A stretch of 51,073 nt of DNA, from contig JBDRBU010000050.1 of assembly GCA_043822305.1 (NCBI GenBank), positions 1 through 51,073 on the forward strand, given 5' to 3'. Source of the stretch: Candidatus Firestoneibacteriota bacterium (lineage in GTDB: Bacteria; Oederibacteriota; D2-FULL-39-29; JBDRBU01). The position numbers and the translations under genes are program-made. Shown piece after piece: positions 37,196 to 46,574 of the stretch (positions are counted from its first letter, which is position 1; every line of letters begins with the position of its first letter). Below the pieces are notes generated by a model, which worked only from the letters and a program-made list of their open reading frames with translations, had not been told where the DNA came from and ran no database searches.

Positions 37196-39601
37196 TTAAA
37201 CCTCTCCCAAGAGTTTTCTCATATCTTCTTCAGTAAAAGAATTTCTCATGATTTTTTTGTCTTTAAAAAATTCCGGTTCCTTGGATTCGTCTATTACAAA
37301 AAATACAATCTGTTTTTCCAAATTACTATCTGCTTTTTTTAGGTTTTCATAAAACTCTTTGTAATCTTCAGTACTTATATTAGTATTTAAAATCACATAC
37401 TTATAATCCCCTATGGCTAATTTTTGCAAGGCTATCTTATTATTTCTGGCAATATATACACTATAACCAATATTATAAAGCATATCGCCGAATATTTTTA
37501 CTATTTCTCCCTGGTCATCAACAACGAGAATGTTGTTTTCAACATTTTTAACTTCTTCTTTTGGAGTTTCTTTAACTTCTTCCTCCTGTTTAACTTCCAA
37601 TTCTTTATCTTTTTCAGTTTCTAATTCCAGATTCTTAGAGACTAATTCTTCTATTTTTAAATTTAAATTCTTTTTTTCTTCTTCAAATTTTAATAATAAC
37701 TTTTGTATTTGTCTATCAGCCTCTAACTTTCTTTCTTCAATAAGTTTCATCCTTTCTAAAAGTTTTTGATTTTCACTTGTACTCATATTAGCCCCTTGGC
37801 TTTCTTGAACAAATGATTTAATTTTAAGTTCTAATTCCTGGTTTTTTGAATTACTATTATTCAATTGTCGTGTTAATTCATCAATTTTTTGGCTAAACGA
37901 CTTTTTCTCTTCTTCAAATTTTGAAATTAATTTGTAAGTTAAATTTCTTCCTTCTTCTTCTAAACTTTTCACTTTATTTGTTAACCCTTCATTTTCAGAC
38001 TTTAGTTTATTTAAAGTGTCCTGCAACTCAGTACTAACATTTTGAACCTCGTTCATTTTTGTAAGTAAAGTTTTTTTGTCGGCATCAAGGTCATCTAATA
38101 ATTTTTTGTTATTTGTAATATAATTTCTTTTTTCAATTTCTAATCTGTCATTAACTTCACCAATAGGGACATATTTATTTTTATCTATTTCAACCGTACT
38201 GATTGCTTGTTTAATCTCGTCCTGTAATTTGTCAATAGTTTTCTGCAGATTTAGATTTTGCGTTTGCAATTCTGATATTTTTATATCAAAGGGTTCCTTC
38301 TCTTCTTTAATTTTAATATTTGCAATTTCCTCTGCTTTTTCCATGGCCGTATTTTCATATTCCAAAACAAACCGACTAACAATACTGGCCATAGATGTTG
38401 TTAAAATAATTGTTAAAATAATTATTATTAAACTTCCAAATGTAATTTTTCTTTTTAAAAGCAAAACATCCACATTTGATCCACAAAGACTACTGGTCGC
38501 GGTTTTCTCTACACTTTCTTTAGAACTAATTATACCCAGTGTTAAATTTGCAGTTCCAATTGGAAAATAAAAAATATAATTTTCTTTGTTATTTATATAA
38601 ACCTTTTCTAGACCACCTAACTCATTATCCAATATAGGCGAACTCCACAATTTTGGATCTGTCATCTTAGAAATAGCACTTTTAAAAGATTCACTACCGT
38701 AGTTTAACAAATTACTAGAGGATATATCATATGGTTCTATCTTTAAATTTTCATATCCAGAAGATGATGAGCCAACTAATAAACTATCCTTACTTACAAC
38801 TATTGGATAAGAATTTTCAAAAATAAATTTTTTGGTTTGCCCTTCTCCAAGTAAAATTTCCATTATTTTATTTATTGATATATCAAAACCAATAACACCC
38901 TTATAACTATTTTTAACATAAATAGGGGCATAGTAAGATATGAGCCAGGATTTGGTTTCATTACTCCAAAAAGGAGTAGTCCACATTTCTGTTTTTGCTT
39001 TATTGTTTTTAGGACCTACAATCTCATACGGTGAAGTTTCTTCTTTACTAAATATACTGTCCGATTTAACTTTAAATGACCCGACATAAAAAAGGCCTGC
39101 TTTTATCAAATCATCCAATTTTTCCCAGGGATATTTTCTAACGGCTACTTCGGTCATGATGTACATAGAGTTTATGGGGGGATTGTTTTTACCGGCTATT
39201 TTGAAAATATTATTAAAATAATTAGTTATTACAGGTAATTTATCAACATGGGATACCGTTTTGTATTCACTGCTTATAAACAAGACTGAGTTTGTTTTTT
39301 CATTTTTATAATCTGACTGGTTTACAAAACTATTTGGGGTTCTAAAAATATTCTCCGCAAGTTCTTGGACAATTCTTCCTGTTACTTCCACTTTTCTAAG
39401 TAGTGATGTCACATACCATGCATTTTTAGAAGTAACAGCTATGGCTAAATTTTTTTCTTTTTCTATCATTAAATCAATTTTATCTTTACCGGCTACTTCT
39501 TTATCGTCTACTTTTACAAAAGACAAATAACCCAATAACAATACAGGTAGCGCCACCAGACATATCAATAATGCAAATATTTTCTTTTTTATCTTTTCCA
39601 T
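37196..39601 (-). CDS. TM-dCache-TM-coiled-coil-pseudo-receiver protein
   Basis: Cache motifs WTTPF...ISYYAPI...GVIGFDI; second TM; long coiled coil; C-terminal NILVVDD receiver fold. Confidence 0.75.
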   Translation of the reverse strand: MEKIKKKIFALLICLVALPVLLLGYLSFVKVDDKEVAGKDKIDLMIEKEKNLAIAVTSKNAWYVTSLLRKVEVTGRIVQELAENIFRTPNSFVNQSDYKNEKTNSVLFISSEYKTVSHVDKLPVITNYFNNIFKIAGKNNPPINSMYIMTEVAVRKYPWEKLDDLIKAGLFYVGSFKVKSDSIFSKEETSPYEIVGPKNNKAKTEMWTTPFWSNETKSWLISYYAPIYVKNSYKGVIGFDISINKIMEILLGEGQTKKFIFENSYPIVVSKDSLLVGSSSSGYENLKIEPYDISSSNLLNYGSESFKSAISKMTDPKLWSSPILDNELGGLEKVYINNKENYIFYFPIGTANLTLGIISSKESVEKTATSSLCGSNVDVLLLKRKITFGSLIIIILTIILTTSMASIVSRFVLEYENTAMEKAEEIANIKIKEEKEPFDIKISELQTQNLNLQKTIDKLQDEIKQAISTVEIDKNKYVPIGEVNDRLEIEKRNYITNNKKLLDDLDADKKTLLTKMNEVQNVSTELQDTLNKLKSENEGLTNKVKSLEEEGRNLTYKLISKFEEEKKSFSQKIDELTRQLNNSNSKNQELELKIKSFVQESQGANMSTSENQKLLERMKLIEERKLEADRQIQKLLLKFEEEKKNLNLKIEELVSKNLELETEKDKELEVKQEEEVKETPKEEVKNVENNILVVDDQGEIVKIFGDMLYNIGYSVYIARNNKIALQKLAIGDYKYVILNTNISTEDYKEFYENLKKADSNLEKQIVFFVIDESKEPEFFKDKKIMRNSFTEEDMRKLLGEV

Positions 39602-40068
39602 AATCCTCCTACTTTTTTGATCATATTAGATGTTGACCTATCTTTTATTAAAGGAACAGTAATAATTTTACCTCCACCATGACGAACAATATCCGAGCCA
39701 ATTATATTGTTTTTTTTCCAATCACTGCCTTTAACTAATACATCTGGTAAAATTTTCTTAATTATATTTAAAGGGTTATTTTCTTTAAATATAGTAACAA
39801 AATCAACAAACGGAAACTCTGAAAGGATCTCTGCTCTATCATCCTGAGGCACAATTGGTCTTTTCTTACCTTTTAATCTTCTGATAGAATTATCACTATT
39901 TATACCTACAATTAAAATATCTCCTAACTTTTTTGCTTTTTTTAAATATCTAATATGTCCAATATGCAATAAATCAAAACATCCATTGGTAAAGACAATT
40001 TTTTTATCTTTCTTCAATCTATTTACAACTTTAATTAGACCATTTATACTTTTAATTTTATTTTTCAT
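39589..40068 (-). CDS. rfaE2: D-glycero-beta-D-manno-heptose 1-phosphate adenylyltransferase
   Basis: VFTNGCFDLLHIGH, GINSD.SIRRLKG..RP, LVKGSDW, STS. Confidence 0.93.
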   Translation of the reverse strand: MKNKIKSINGLIKVVNRLKKDKKIVFTNGCFDLLHIGHIRYLKKAKKLGDILIVGINSDNSIRRLKGKKRPIVPQDDRAEILSEFPFVDFVTIFKENNPLNIIKKILPDVLVKGSDWKKNNIIGSDIVRHGGGKIITVPLIKDRSTSNMIKKVGGLWKR

Positions 40069-41038
40069 CCAATATTTGTTTTATTTCGTCTAAAGTTACT
40101 TTTGCAGTTCCAATCTTACCCACAACTATTCCAGCGGCAATGTTAGCTAAATTTGCTGAATCAAGAATATTAGCACCACCTGCTAAAGATAGCGCTAAAA
40201 CACTTACAACAGTATCTCCAGCTCCTGTCACATCATAAACTTCTTTTGCATATGTAGGTATATTAATAATATCCTTACCTCTTTCAAACAATGACATCCC
40301 GGCTTCCCCGCGAGTTATAAGAACTGCTTTTGACCTTAACTTTTTTAATAATTCTTTACCCACTTTTATTAAAGTTTTGTCATCAGAAATAACCCTACTT
40401 AGAGATGCTCCCGCCTCATTTGTATTTGGAGTTATAACCGTAACACCTTTATACATCAAACAATAAGTTGGCTTTGGATCAACTACAATGGGTATATCAA
40501 ATTTATGAGTTAATTTTATTATCTCCTTAAATATGGGTGGGATAACTACTCCTTTTCCATAATCTGAAATTATGACGGCATCTGATTCTTTTATTATATC
40601 TTTAACATAATCTAACACTTTTTTAACAATATTTATATTAATATGAATTTTTTTTTCATAATCAATCCTAACCACTTGTTGATGCTGAGATATTACTCTT
40701 GTTTTAACAATTGTAGGTCTTTCAAAATCTTTTATTAAACCATCTAAACTAATATTATCATTTTGTAAACTCTTATAAATTTCTTCTCCATAATTATCAT
40801 CTCCAATAACACCACATAAATAAACTTTTCCACTTAAATTATTTATATGTGTGGCTACATATGCCGCACCACCAGGTAAATAATTACGATGCTCTATTTC
40901 AACAACAGGGACCGGTGCTTCAGGAGAAATCCTGTTTACTTTTCCAAAAATATATTCATCAAGAATAATATCTCCAACAACCAGAACTCTTTTCCCTTTA
41001 AATCTTTTTAATATATTTTTTAATTTTTTAGTGTTCAA
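40058..41038 (-). CDS. rfaE1: D-glycero-beta-D-manno-heptose-7-phosphate kinase
   Basis: VGDIILDEY, RISPEAPVPVV, SDYGKG, DVTGAGDT; TTG start. Confidence 0.93.
   Translation of the reverse strand: MNTKKLKNILKRFKGKRVLVVGDIILDEYIFGKVNRISPEAPVPVVEIEHRNYLPGGAAYVATHINNLSGKVYLCGVIGDDNYGEEIYKSLQNDNISLDGLIKDFERPTIVKTRVISQHQQVVRIDYEKKIHININIVKKVLDYVKDIIKESDAVIISDYGKGVVIPPIFKEIIKLTHKFDIPIVVDPKPTYCLMYKGVTVITPNTNEAGASLSRVISDDKTLIKVGKELLKKLRSKAVLITRGEAGMSLFERGKDIINIPTYAKEVYDVTGAGDTVVSVLALSLAGGANILDSANLANIAAGIVVGKIGTAKVTLDEIKQILDEK
41008..41038 (-). repeat. 31-bp direct repeat, copy at the rfaE1 5' end (partner 44011-44041)
   Basis: 28/31 identical to 44011-44041; both encode MNTKKLKNIL. Confidence 0.85.
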
Positions 41039-41083
41039 TTCTACCCCCTGTTAAACTTTCGATAAATTTTCACAACATTTTAC

Positions 41084-42331
41084 TTATTCATTTGACTTTT
41101 GTCGTTTTTTATTGATTTCCTCTATTAGATATTTTGCTTTAATTGCCCATCTACTCTTTGGATTCATATCTATTGATTTTTGCAGTTTAAATAAAACATC
41201 CTTTGTGGCTTCTTTATTATGAAGAATCATAAATGTATAACCTCCTCTATTTCTAAATTCTTCTTCTGCTGATAGGTAGTAGCATTCACTTAATAGAATT
41301 TTTGCTTCGGATGCTTCTTTACTTTTCGGATAATCTTTTAGTATCTTTTCACATATTAAAATTGTATTATATGTACTATTATGCTTATAATAAAGTAATG
41401 CCCTATCAAGTAATTCTAAGCTACTTAGCGGTTTTGGTTCTCCAGCAAAATCTTTCCAAATATTATACACCGTATTATTTTCCACATAAAAATAATCAAT
41501 TTTCTTTTCATTATTTTCTTTAATAATTATTATTTCTCCCTGTAAAAACAAAGGTATATTATTTTTTTTCACCAAAATATATACTTGTACATTTATAGCA
41601 TCTTCCCACTTTGACTTTCTAAACGTCTTTTCTTTCCTTTCACAGTTATCTATTAATTTCATATCAGAAATATCCTTATATTTATCCGAATATTCTTTTC
41701 TAAAATTCTCAAAACTTCTATAATCTTCTTTTTGGTATGATGAAAACCCATTATACATGGTTTCGTAATCTTTACTATTCAAATACCTGATATATTTTTT
41801 TATTAGCTCTTTAGCACCAGTATCACTCTCTTTTTTATAACTTTTACTGTACTGACTTAACATTTCCTCATGGTCAAGGAAAGGATTTAATATTTTCCAT
41901 TCTCCACCTTCTCTTATTAGAAAATATGATCTACCAAATTCTAATGAGGTCCCATCTTCCTGCATATATTTGGATAAAACACTGTATTCAACTATATCCG
42001 GAATGTTTCCAACATCATCTTGCTTAATTTCATAATTACCTAACGCAATTATTGCGTATTCTAATGTCTTGTCGCATGCAAAAATATTCAGATTTCTAAA
42101 CTCTTTTCGTAATCTTTTAATACTTTCTAAAGAAATAGTACTTGCTTTTAAATACTCATCCAAAGACAACTTATTTCCAAAATCCTTGCACAGGTATCCA
42201 TATTTTTTCCCAAAATCGCCTTTACTAGTTGCATTTAAATAATCCTGCAAAACCGATTTTGGATCTACCTCGGAATATACCATTCCGCTCATAACCAATA
42301 ATAAGAGTATAACCCTGGACATATCTAACAT
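41084..42331 (-). CDS. Exported protein, two NTF2-like (alpha+beta) repeats and a C-terminal TPR
   Basis: Signal peptide; P.SVLQDYLNA...GDF...Y...LIREGGEWKI and a second similar unit; ILKDYPKS TPR motif. Confidence 0.55.
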   Translation of the reverse strand: MLDMSRVILLLLVMSGMVYSEVDPKSVLQDYLNATSKGDFGKKYGYLCKDFGNKLSLDEYLKASTISLESIKRLRKEFRNLNIFACDKTLEYAIIALGNYEIKQDDVGNIPDIVEYSVLSKYMQEDGTSLEFGRSYFLIREGGEWKILNPFLDHEEMLSQYSKSYKKESDTGAKELIKKYIRYLNSKDYETMYNGFSSYQKEDYRSFENFRKEYSDKYKDISDMKLIDNCERKEKTFRKSKWEDAINVQVYILVKKNNIPLFLQGEIIIIKENNEKKIDYFYVENNTVYNIWKDFAGEPKPLSSLELLDRALLYYKHNSTYNTILICEKILKDYPKSKEASEAKILLSECYYLSAEEEFRNRGGYTFMILHNKEATKDVLFKLQKSIDMNPKSRWAIKAKYLIEEINKKRQKSNE

Positions 42332-43353
42332 ATATACTCCTTCAAAAACTTGTTTTTACAATTATTATTTTTTCGAGTTGGGACATCAATATTAACGGTG
42401 TTCCCAGGTTCTACTGGGGCCACAGAAACTTTAGAGACTTCGCCTCTTACATTAAAACCAGGCCATGGGAGTGGAGTACTAGTCCAAGCTGTAACTGTAT
42501 AATCCTCCTCTTTTGGTGGAACATTAGTATGTGTATAAACACCATCGGGGCTGAGATCTTCCATACCAGGATAAGAAGTATATCCATTTTTCCCAATCAC
42601 ATAACCAATGTATACTAATATTTTCACCCCTTTAAAACTAGCTGTCTCAATTATAGTGCCTGCCGGAGTTGTAAAATTATATATTAAATTTCCTGCTACA
42701 GAATACACACTTGACACAGTAATAGTATATGAAGCCATAGAAAAACCATCAGAAGTAAAAGTTACTTTTACTTTACCATTCCCATCTGTCTTTTCAAATG
42801 TTGAAGATAAAGAGCCTTTGTTAGCAGGGTTACTTGATAAAGCAAAACCAATTCCAATATTTTTTACACCTTTATCCTCTGCATCTAACGCAAATACTGT
42901 CAATGTTATTTTGTTACTTAAACTTATTTTCTGAGACAGCGTATCTGTAGTATATAATTTTATTCCACATTTCAGTGAAGTAGGACCTCCATCATCTTTA
43001 AGCATATATGTCTTATTAGGTTCCTTTATACTTCTTGTTGAGACCTCACCATGTACGCTTACACTATATATACCAAGCATTTTAAAGGCAACTGCAACAC
43101 TATTAGGAAATGATGCTTGAGGGGTGACTGGGACTGATTTCCCATCTGGTCCTACAACTGTAAAAGTATATTTCTCAGTATCAGGAATTATCTCCTCACC
43201 AGCAGGTATTATAATCTTACTACTTGTAACAACATAAGTTCCATTGAGCAATATTTCTGAAGATGATGTGATGCTTAAAGTTGCACTTATATCCTGAACA
43301 AAAAATATACATACCATAGACATCAAGAAACCCACCATTTTATTATTATACAT
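42325..43353 (-). CDS. Exported beta-rich protein with a bacterial Ig-like (Big_1-type) domain
   Basis: Signal peptide; ITLTV...D....V....I.F...GSLS....TDGNGKVKVTFTS...YTITVS. Confidence 0.6.
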   Translation of the reverse strand: MYNNKMVGFLMSMVCIFFVQDISATLSITSSSEILLNGTYVVTSSKIIIPAGEEIIPDTEKYTFTVVGPDGKSVPVTPQASFPNSVAVAFKMLGIYSVSVHGEVSTRSIKEPNKTYMLKDDGGPTSLKCGIKLYTTDTLSQKISLSNKITLTVFALDAEDKGVKNIGIGFALSSNPANKGSLSSTFEKTDGNGKVKVTFTSDGFSMASYTITVSSVYSVAGNLIYNFTTPAGTIIETASFKGVKILVYIGYVIGKNGYTSYPGMEDLSPDGVYTHTNVPPKEEDYTVTAWTSTPLPWPGFNVRGEVSKVSVAPVEPGNTVNIDVPTRKNNNCKNKFLKEYIC

Positions 43354-43356
43354 AAT

Positions 43357-43725
43357 TTAATTTCCTCCTTTTTCTTTAGATTTTAAATAATTTTCTAACC
43401 ACTTTAATGCTTTTTTTACTTCCTCAATATAGATGCTCTTTGGATATTTAAATAAAAATTCATTATACATCTGCAAAGCTTTTGAATGGTCTCCTTTATT
43501 AAAATAAATACGAGCAATTTCCACATAAGCATTTTCTTTTGTTGTATTATTTAATGCTTTATCTATAATTTTCCAATATTCTTTAATCGCCAGTTCATAC
43601 TTGTTTTGACTCCTGTATGATAAAGATAGTTTCCAATGGTCATCTGCATTCATTGCTTTATCACCAAATTCATCATAAACTTTCCCATATACCACTTCAA
43701 CAGAGGTTTTTACCCCCAACTGCAA
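43357..43725 (-). CDS. TPR (BamD/YfiO-like) protein fragment
   Basis: AIKEYWKII, AYVEIARIYF, FLFKYPKS; overlaps the upstream ORF in another frame with no RBS. Confidence 0.55.
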   Translation of the reverse strand: MQLGVKTSVEVVYGKVYDEFGDKAMNADDHWKLSLSYRSQNKYELAIKEYWKIIDKALNNTTKENAYVEIARIYFNKGDHSKALQMYNEFLFKYPKSIYIEEVKKALKWLENYLKSKEKGGN

Positions 43726-44041
43726 CTATTACATCACTTTTATCACCAAAAACATCACCTATTGCAATATCGTTTATTTTTCTTCTATCATTTGATAATG
43801 AAATAAAATTTTGCAATATAGAAGATTTATCAAGAAATCTTATACCAACTTCTCCATTATCAAGTAAACAAGCAAGTTCAACTATTTTATCTTTATTTAT
43901 ATCTTTAGCATCAAATATATTAATAACTAATCCAGGAGTGCATTTTATTTCACATTTTTTAAATAGATAATCACCAGAAACCAAAGTTGGTATATAAAGA
44001 ATTACTACTATTAATATATTTTTTAATTTTTTGGTATTCAT
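43697..44041 (-). CDS. Exported FG-GAP-like protein fragment that starts with the rfaE1 N-terminal decapeptide
   Basis: MNTKKLKNIL plus hydrophobic core; DINKDKIVEL and IAIGDVFGDKSDVIV FG-GAP-like loops; probably once one gene with 43357..43725. Confidence 0.55.
   Translation of the reverse strand: MNTKKLKNILIVVILYIPTLVSGDYLFKKCEIKCTPGLVINIFDAKDINKDKIVELACLLDNGEVGIRFLDKSSILQNFISLSNDRRKINDIAIGDVFGDKSDVIVAVGGKNLC
44011..44041 (-). repeat. 31-bp direct repeat, copy coupled to the gmhA stop (partner 41008-41038)
   Basis: TAATG overlap with the gmhA stop; 28/31 identical to the rfaE1 start. Confidence 0.85.
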
Positions 44042-44601
44042 TATAATTTATCCTCAGCTAATTTACATATTAAATGTAAAACTACAATATGACCTTCCTG
44101 TATATGATATGTTTTATCACTTGGAATTTTTATACAAATATCAACGATTCCTTCAATCGGACATTTGTTTTTACCAGTAAAACCTATTGTTTTAGCACCA
44201 ATTTCTTTTGCTTTTTTAAGTGCTTCTATAACATTAGGTGAACTACCACTCGTACTAATACCTATGACAACATCATCCGGCTTAACTAATGATTCTACCT
44301 GTCTGGAAAAAACATATTTATATCCATAGTCATTTGCAGATGCAGTAAGAACTGATGTATTTACAGTTAAGGCCAGAGCAGGTAAACTTTTCCTTTCTTT
44401 TATAAATCTTACCACAAACTCAGCAGCAATATGTTGAGCATCAGCCGCAGAACCACCATTACCAAATAAAACTACTTTACCACCATTTAAGTAAGAATCA
44501 ACTATCGCATCTACAACTTTTGCAATAATTATTTTTAATTTTCTTGTAGATAATATTACTTTTGATGCTTCTTTTAATTCTTTTTCTATTTTTTTTATCA
44601 T
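44041..44601 (-). CDS. gmhA: Phosphoheptose isomerase
   Basis: GNGGSAADAQHIAAE, NDYGY..VFSRQ, ISTSGSS, IQEGH. Confidence 0.95.
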   Translation of the reverse strand: MIKKIEKELKEASKVILSTRKLKIIIAKVVDAIVDSYLNGGKVVLFGNGGSAADAQHIAAEFVVRFIKERKSLPALALTVNTSVLTASANDYGYKYVFSRQVESLVKPDDVVIGISTSGSSPNVIEALKKAKEIGAKTIGFTGKNKCPIEGIVDICIKIPSDKTYHIQEGHIVVLHLICKLAEDKL

Positions 44602-44603
44602 AA

Positions 44604-45548
44604 CTAAATCTCCTCTATAATTGCCTGATAAAGTAATGGTAACATAATTTCATGATGTCCTGTAATGGCATATGATTTCCCACCCAGTTTAATCGGTCTT
44701 TTTAATACATTTACCGTAGGTCTATAATGTTGGATCATATCAAAGTTTGCCGTAGTAAAATTAGTTACTTTACTTCTAAGATTTCTGGCTAAACACAAAG
44801 ATTTTAAGAATACTTCTGGAAGTAAAACGGCAGAACCAATATTTAAGACAACACCACCATTGCCTAATTTTGAAATCTCATTGGCAAATATCTTGAAATC
44901 TATAAAACTACCTTCACCTAAAGCGGAACCGTCAGCAGATGGATGCTGATGGATTACATCTGTACCTATGGCTACACTTACAAGAACAGGAATTTTTAAT
45001 TTGCAACCTTGGGCTAATATGCTATATTTTAGGAAAGATGTATTTAACTCGATTATCTTTTTTCCAATAGATTCACCCATACCAAGATTCAAGCCTACAC
45101 CTTCTTGTATAGCCGTATTGATTATTTTACCTGTTTCATCTGCCATCCCAAAACTTCCATTAGATAAACCTTTTTCTACATCTTCTGATGTAGCCCCATT
45201 AATTGCAATTTCAAAATCATGAATTGAACCAGCACCGTTCAAAAGAATTGTTGTTATGATATTTTTTCTCATTAAATCTATGATAAGCGGTGATAAACCA
45301 CATTTTACAACATGAGCACCCATCATAAATATAACGGGCTTTTTCTTTTTTCTGGCAGAAATGATTAATTTAACTAATTCTTTAATATCTTTTCCAATCA
45401 AAATGTTTGGAATGTTATTAAAAAATTGTTTGAATGAAACTCCATTTTTGCAAATTTTAGCAAAATTATGAATATTCACTTTTGACTTCCTTTTTTTTAT
45501 TGAATATGTTTTAACTTTATTTAAATCTATTTGTTTGTATATACTCAT
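44604..45548 (-). CDS. Conserved hypothetical protein, deoxyhypusine-synthase-like fold
   Basis: MGAHVVKCGL, HDFEIA, TSEDV, FGMADETG, GSAVLLPEVFLK, GHHEIM. Confidence 0.65.
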   Translation of the reverse strand: MSIYKQIDLNKVKTYSIKKRKSKVNIHNFAKICKNGVSFKQFFNNIPNILIGKDIKELVKLIISARKKKKPVIFMMGAHVVKCGLSPLIIDLMRKNIITTILLNGAGSIHDFEIAINGATSEDVEKGLSNGSFGMADETGKIINTAIQEGVGLNLGMGESIGKKIIELNTSFLKYSILAQGCKLKIPVLVSVAIGTDVIHQHPSADGSALGEGSFIDFKIFANEISKLGNGGVVLNIGSAVLLPEVFLKSLCLARNLRSKVTNFTTANFDMIQHYRPTVNVLKRPIKLGGKSYAITGHHEIMLPLLYQAIIEEI

Positions 45549-45549
45549 A

Positions 45550-46503
45550 TCATTTCACCACCACGGCATCTATTAGTTTTGCATTAACTGAGCCTACAAA
45601 TACTTTACTTTTCATAAGTAAAGGAAGATGCTTTTCATCTGCAGACACCCAGAGCGTAACATCACCTTCCTGCTTAAATATACTTTCAAACTGCATAAAA
45701 GGTTTTATAACAAATGCTTCATATTTTCCAAGCGGTGTCTTAATCTTTTCTTTTTTAATTACCTTAACTTGCAATTTATGGTTCTGGCCATCTGCATGAA
45801 CATCTATAAAAATATCTTTTCCTACTTCAATTTTCTGAGCCCTAAAATAATAAAAACACGATAGAATATCCTGACAATACTCAGGAATATTATACACTAA
45901 TTCTTTGTTTTTTTCTACTTGTTTTACTATATTTTTTCCCTGGTCAAAAAACAAGGTAACATCACTCAGATGATTACCTTCTCTTAAGGATTTAATCAAT
46001 TTCCTTGAAAAAATACCGTCAAAATCTATATAACTTTCAACAACATCATTAACCCTGTAAAACATAGAAACCACAGGTAAAGATTTTGTAGTCGTAATTA
46101 GATGATATGTCAAATGGCCATCTACTTTAACAAGTTCTTTAACTTCTATAGTAGCTATGCCACCGGTTATACCCAAACACTCTATGGCAAATGTAAACTT
46201 CTCACCAATATTAAATGCTTTGTTTTCTATCTTGCGTATTTTTCTTGCCTCTTCTTTTGCCTTTTTCACCTCTTCCACTTTCTTCACTTCTTTCTTAATT
46301 TCTTTTTCTTCTTTCTTTTCTGTAGTTTCTTCAGTTTCTTTACTTTCTTTTTTTTCTTTGTCTTCTTCCACTTCTTCCACTTCTCCCACTTCTTTCACTT
46401 CCTCCACTTGTACTGATTTCTCCATTATCTTAAACTTACCTTTTGTTACACAACTCAAAATTAAAAAAGGCATTATTAAACTTGTTATTAAAATCTTCCT
46501 CAT
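45550..46503 (-). CDS. DUF3108-like lipoprotein with E/K-rich linker
   Basis: Lipobox ILSC; AFNIGEKF, DILS..YY.R, KTPLGKY, WVSADEKHLP. Confidence 0.72.
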   Translation of the reverse strand: MRKILITSLIMPFLILSCVTKGKFKIMEKSVQVEEVKEVGEVEEVEEDKEKKESKETEETTEKKEEKEIKKEVKKVEEVKKAKEEARKIRKIENKAFNIGEKFTFAIECLGITGGIATIEVKELVKVDGHLTYHLITTTKSLPVVSMFYRVNDVVESYIDFDGIFSRKLIKSLREGNHLSDVTLFFDQGKNIVKQVEKNKELVYNIPEYCQDILSCFYYFRAQKIEVGKDIFIDVHADGQNHKLQVKVIKKEKIKTPLGKYEAFVIKPFMQFESIFKQEGDVTLWVSADEKHLPLLMKSKVFVGSVNAKLIDAVVVK

Positions 46504-46535
46504 AAAATTTCCTGATATTACTAGTTAATATTCTG

Positions 46536-46574
46536 TAATTCCCCCTTAATAAAGGGGGTTAGGGGGTTGTCCTT
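46536..46574 (-). repeat. Family C repeat, copy 2
   Basis: Exact reverse complement of 31450-31488; supplies the last codons and stop of the GT9 gene. Confidence 0.9.

Noticed and set aside
41039..44010. Prophage or complete integrative element
   Set aside because: No integrase, transposase or phage genes between the direct repeats.
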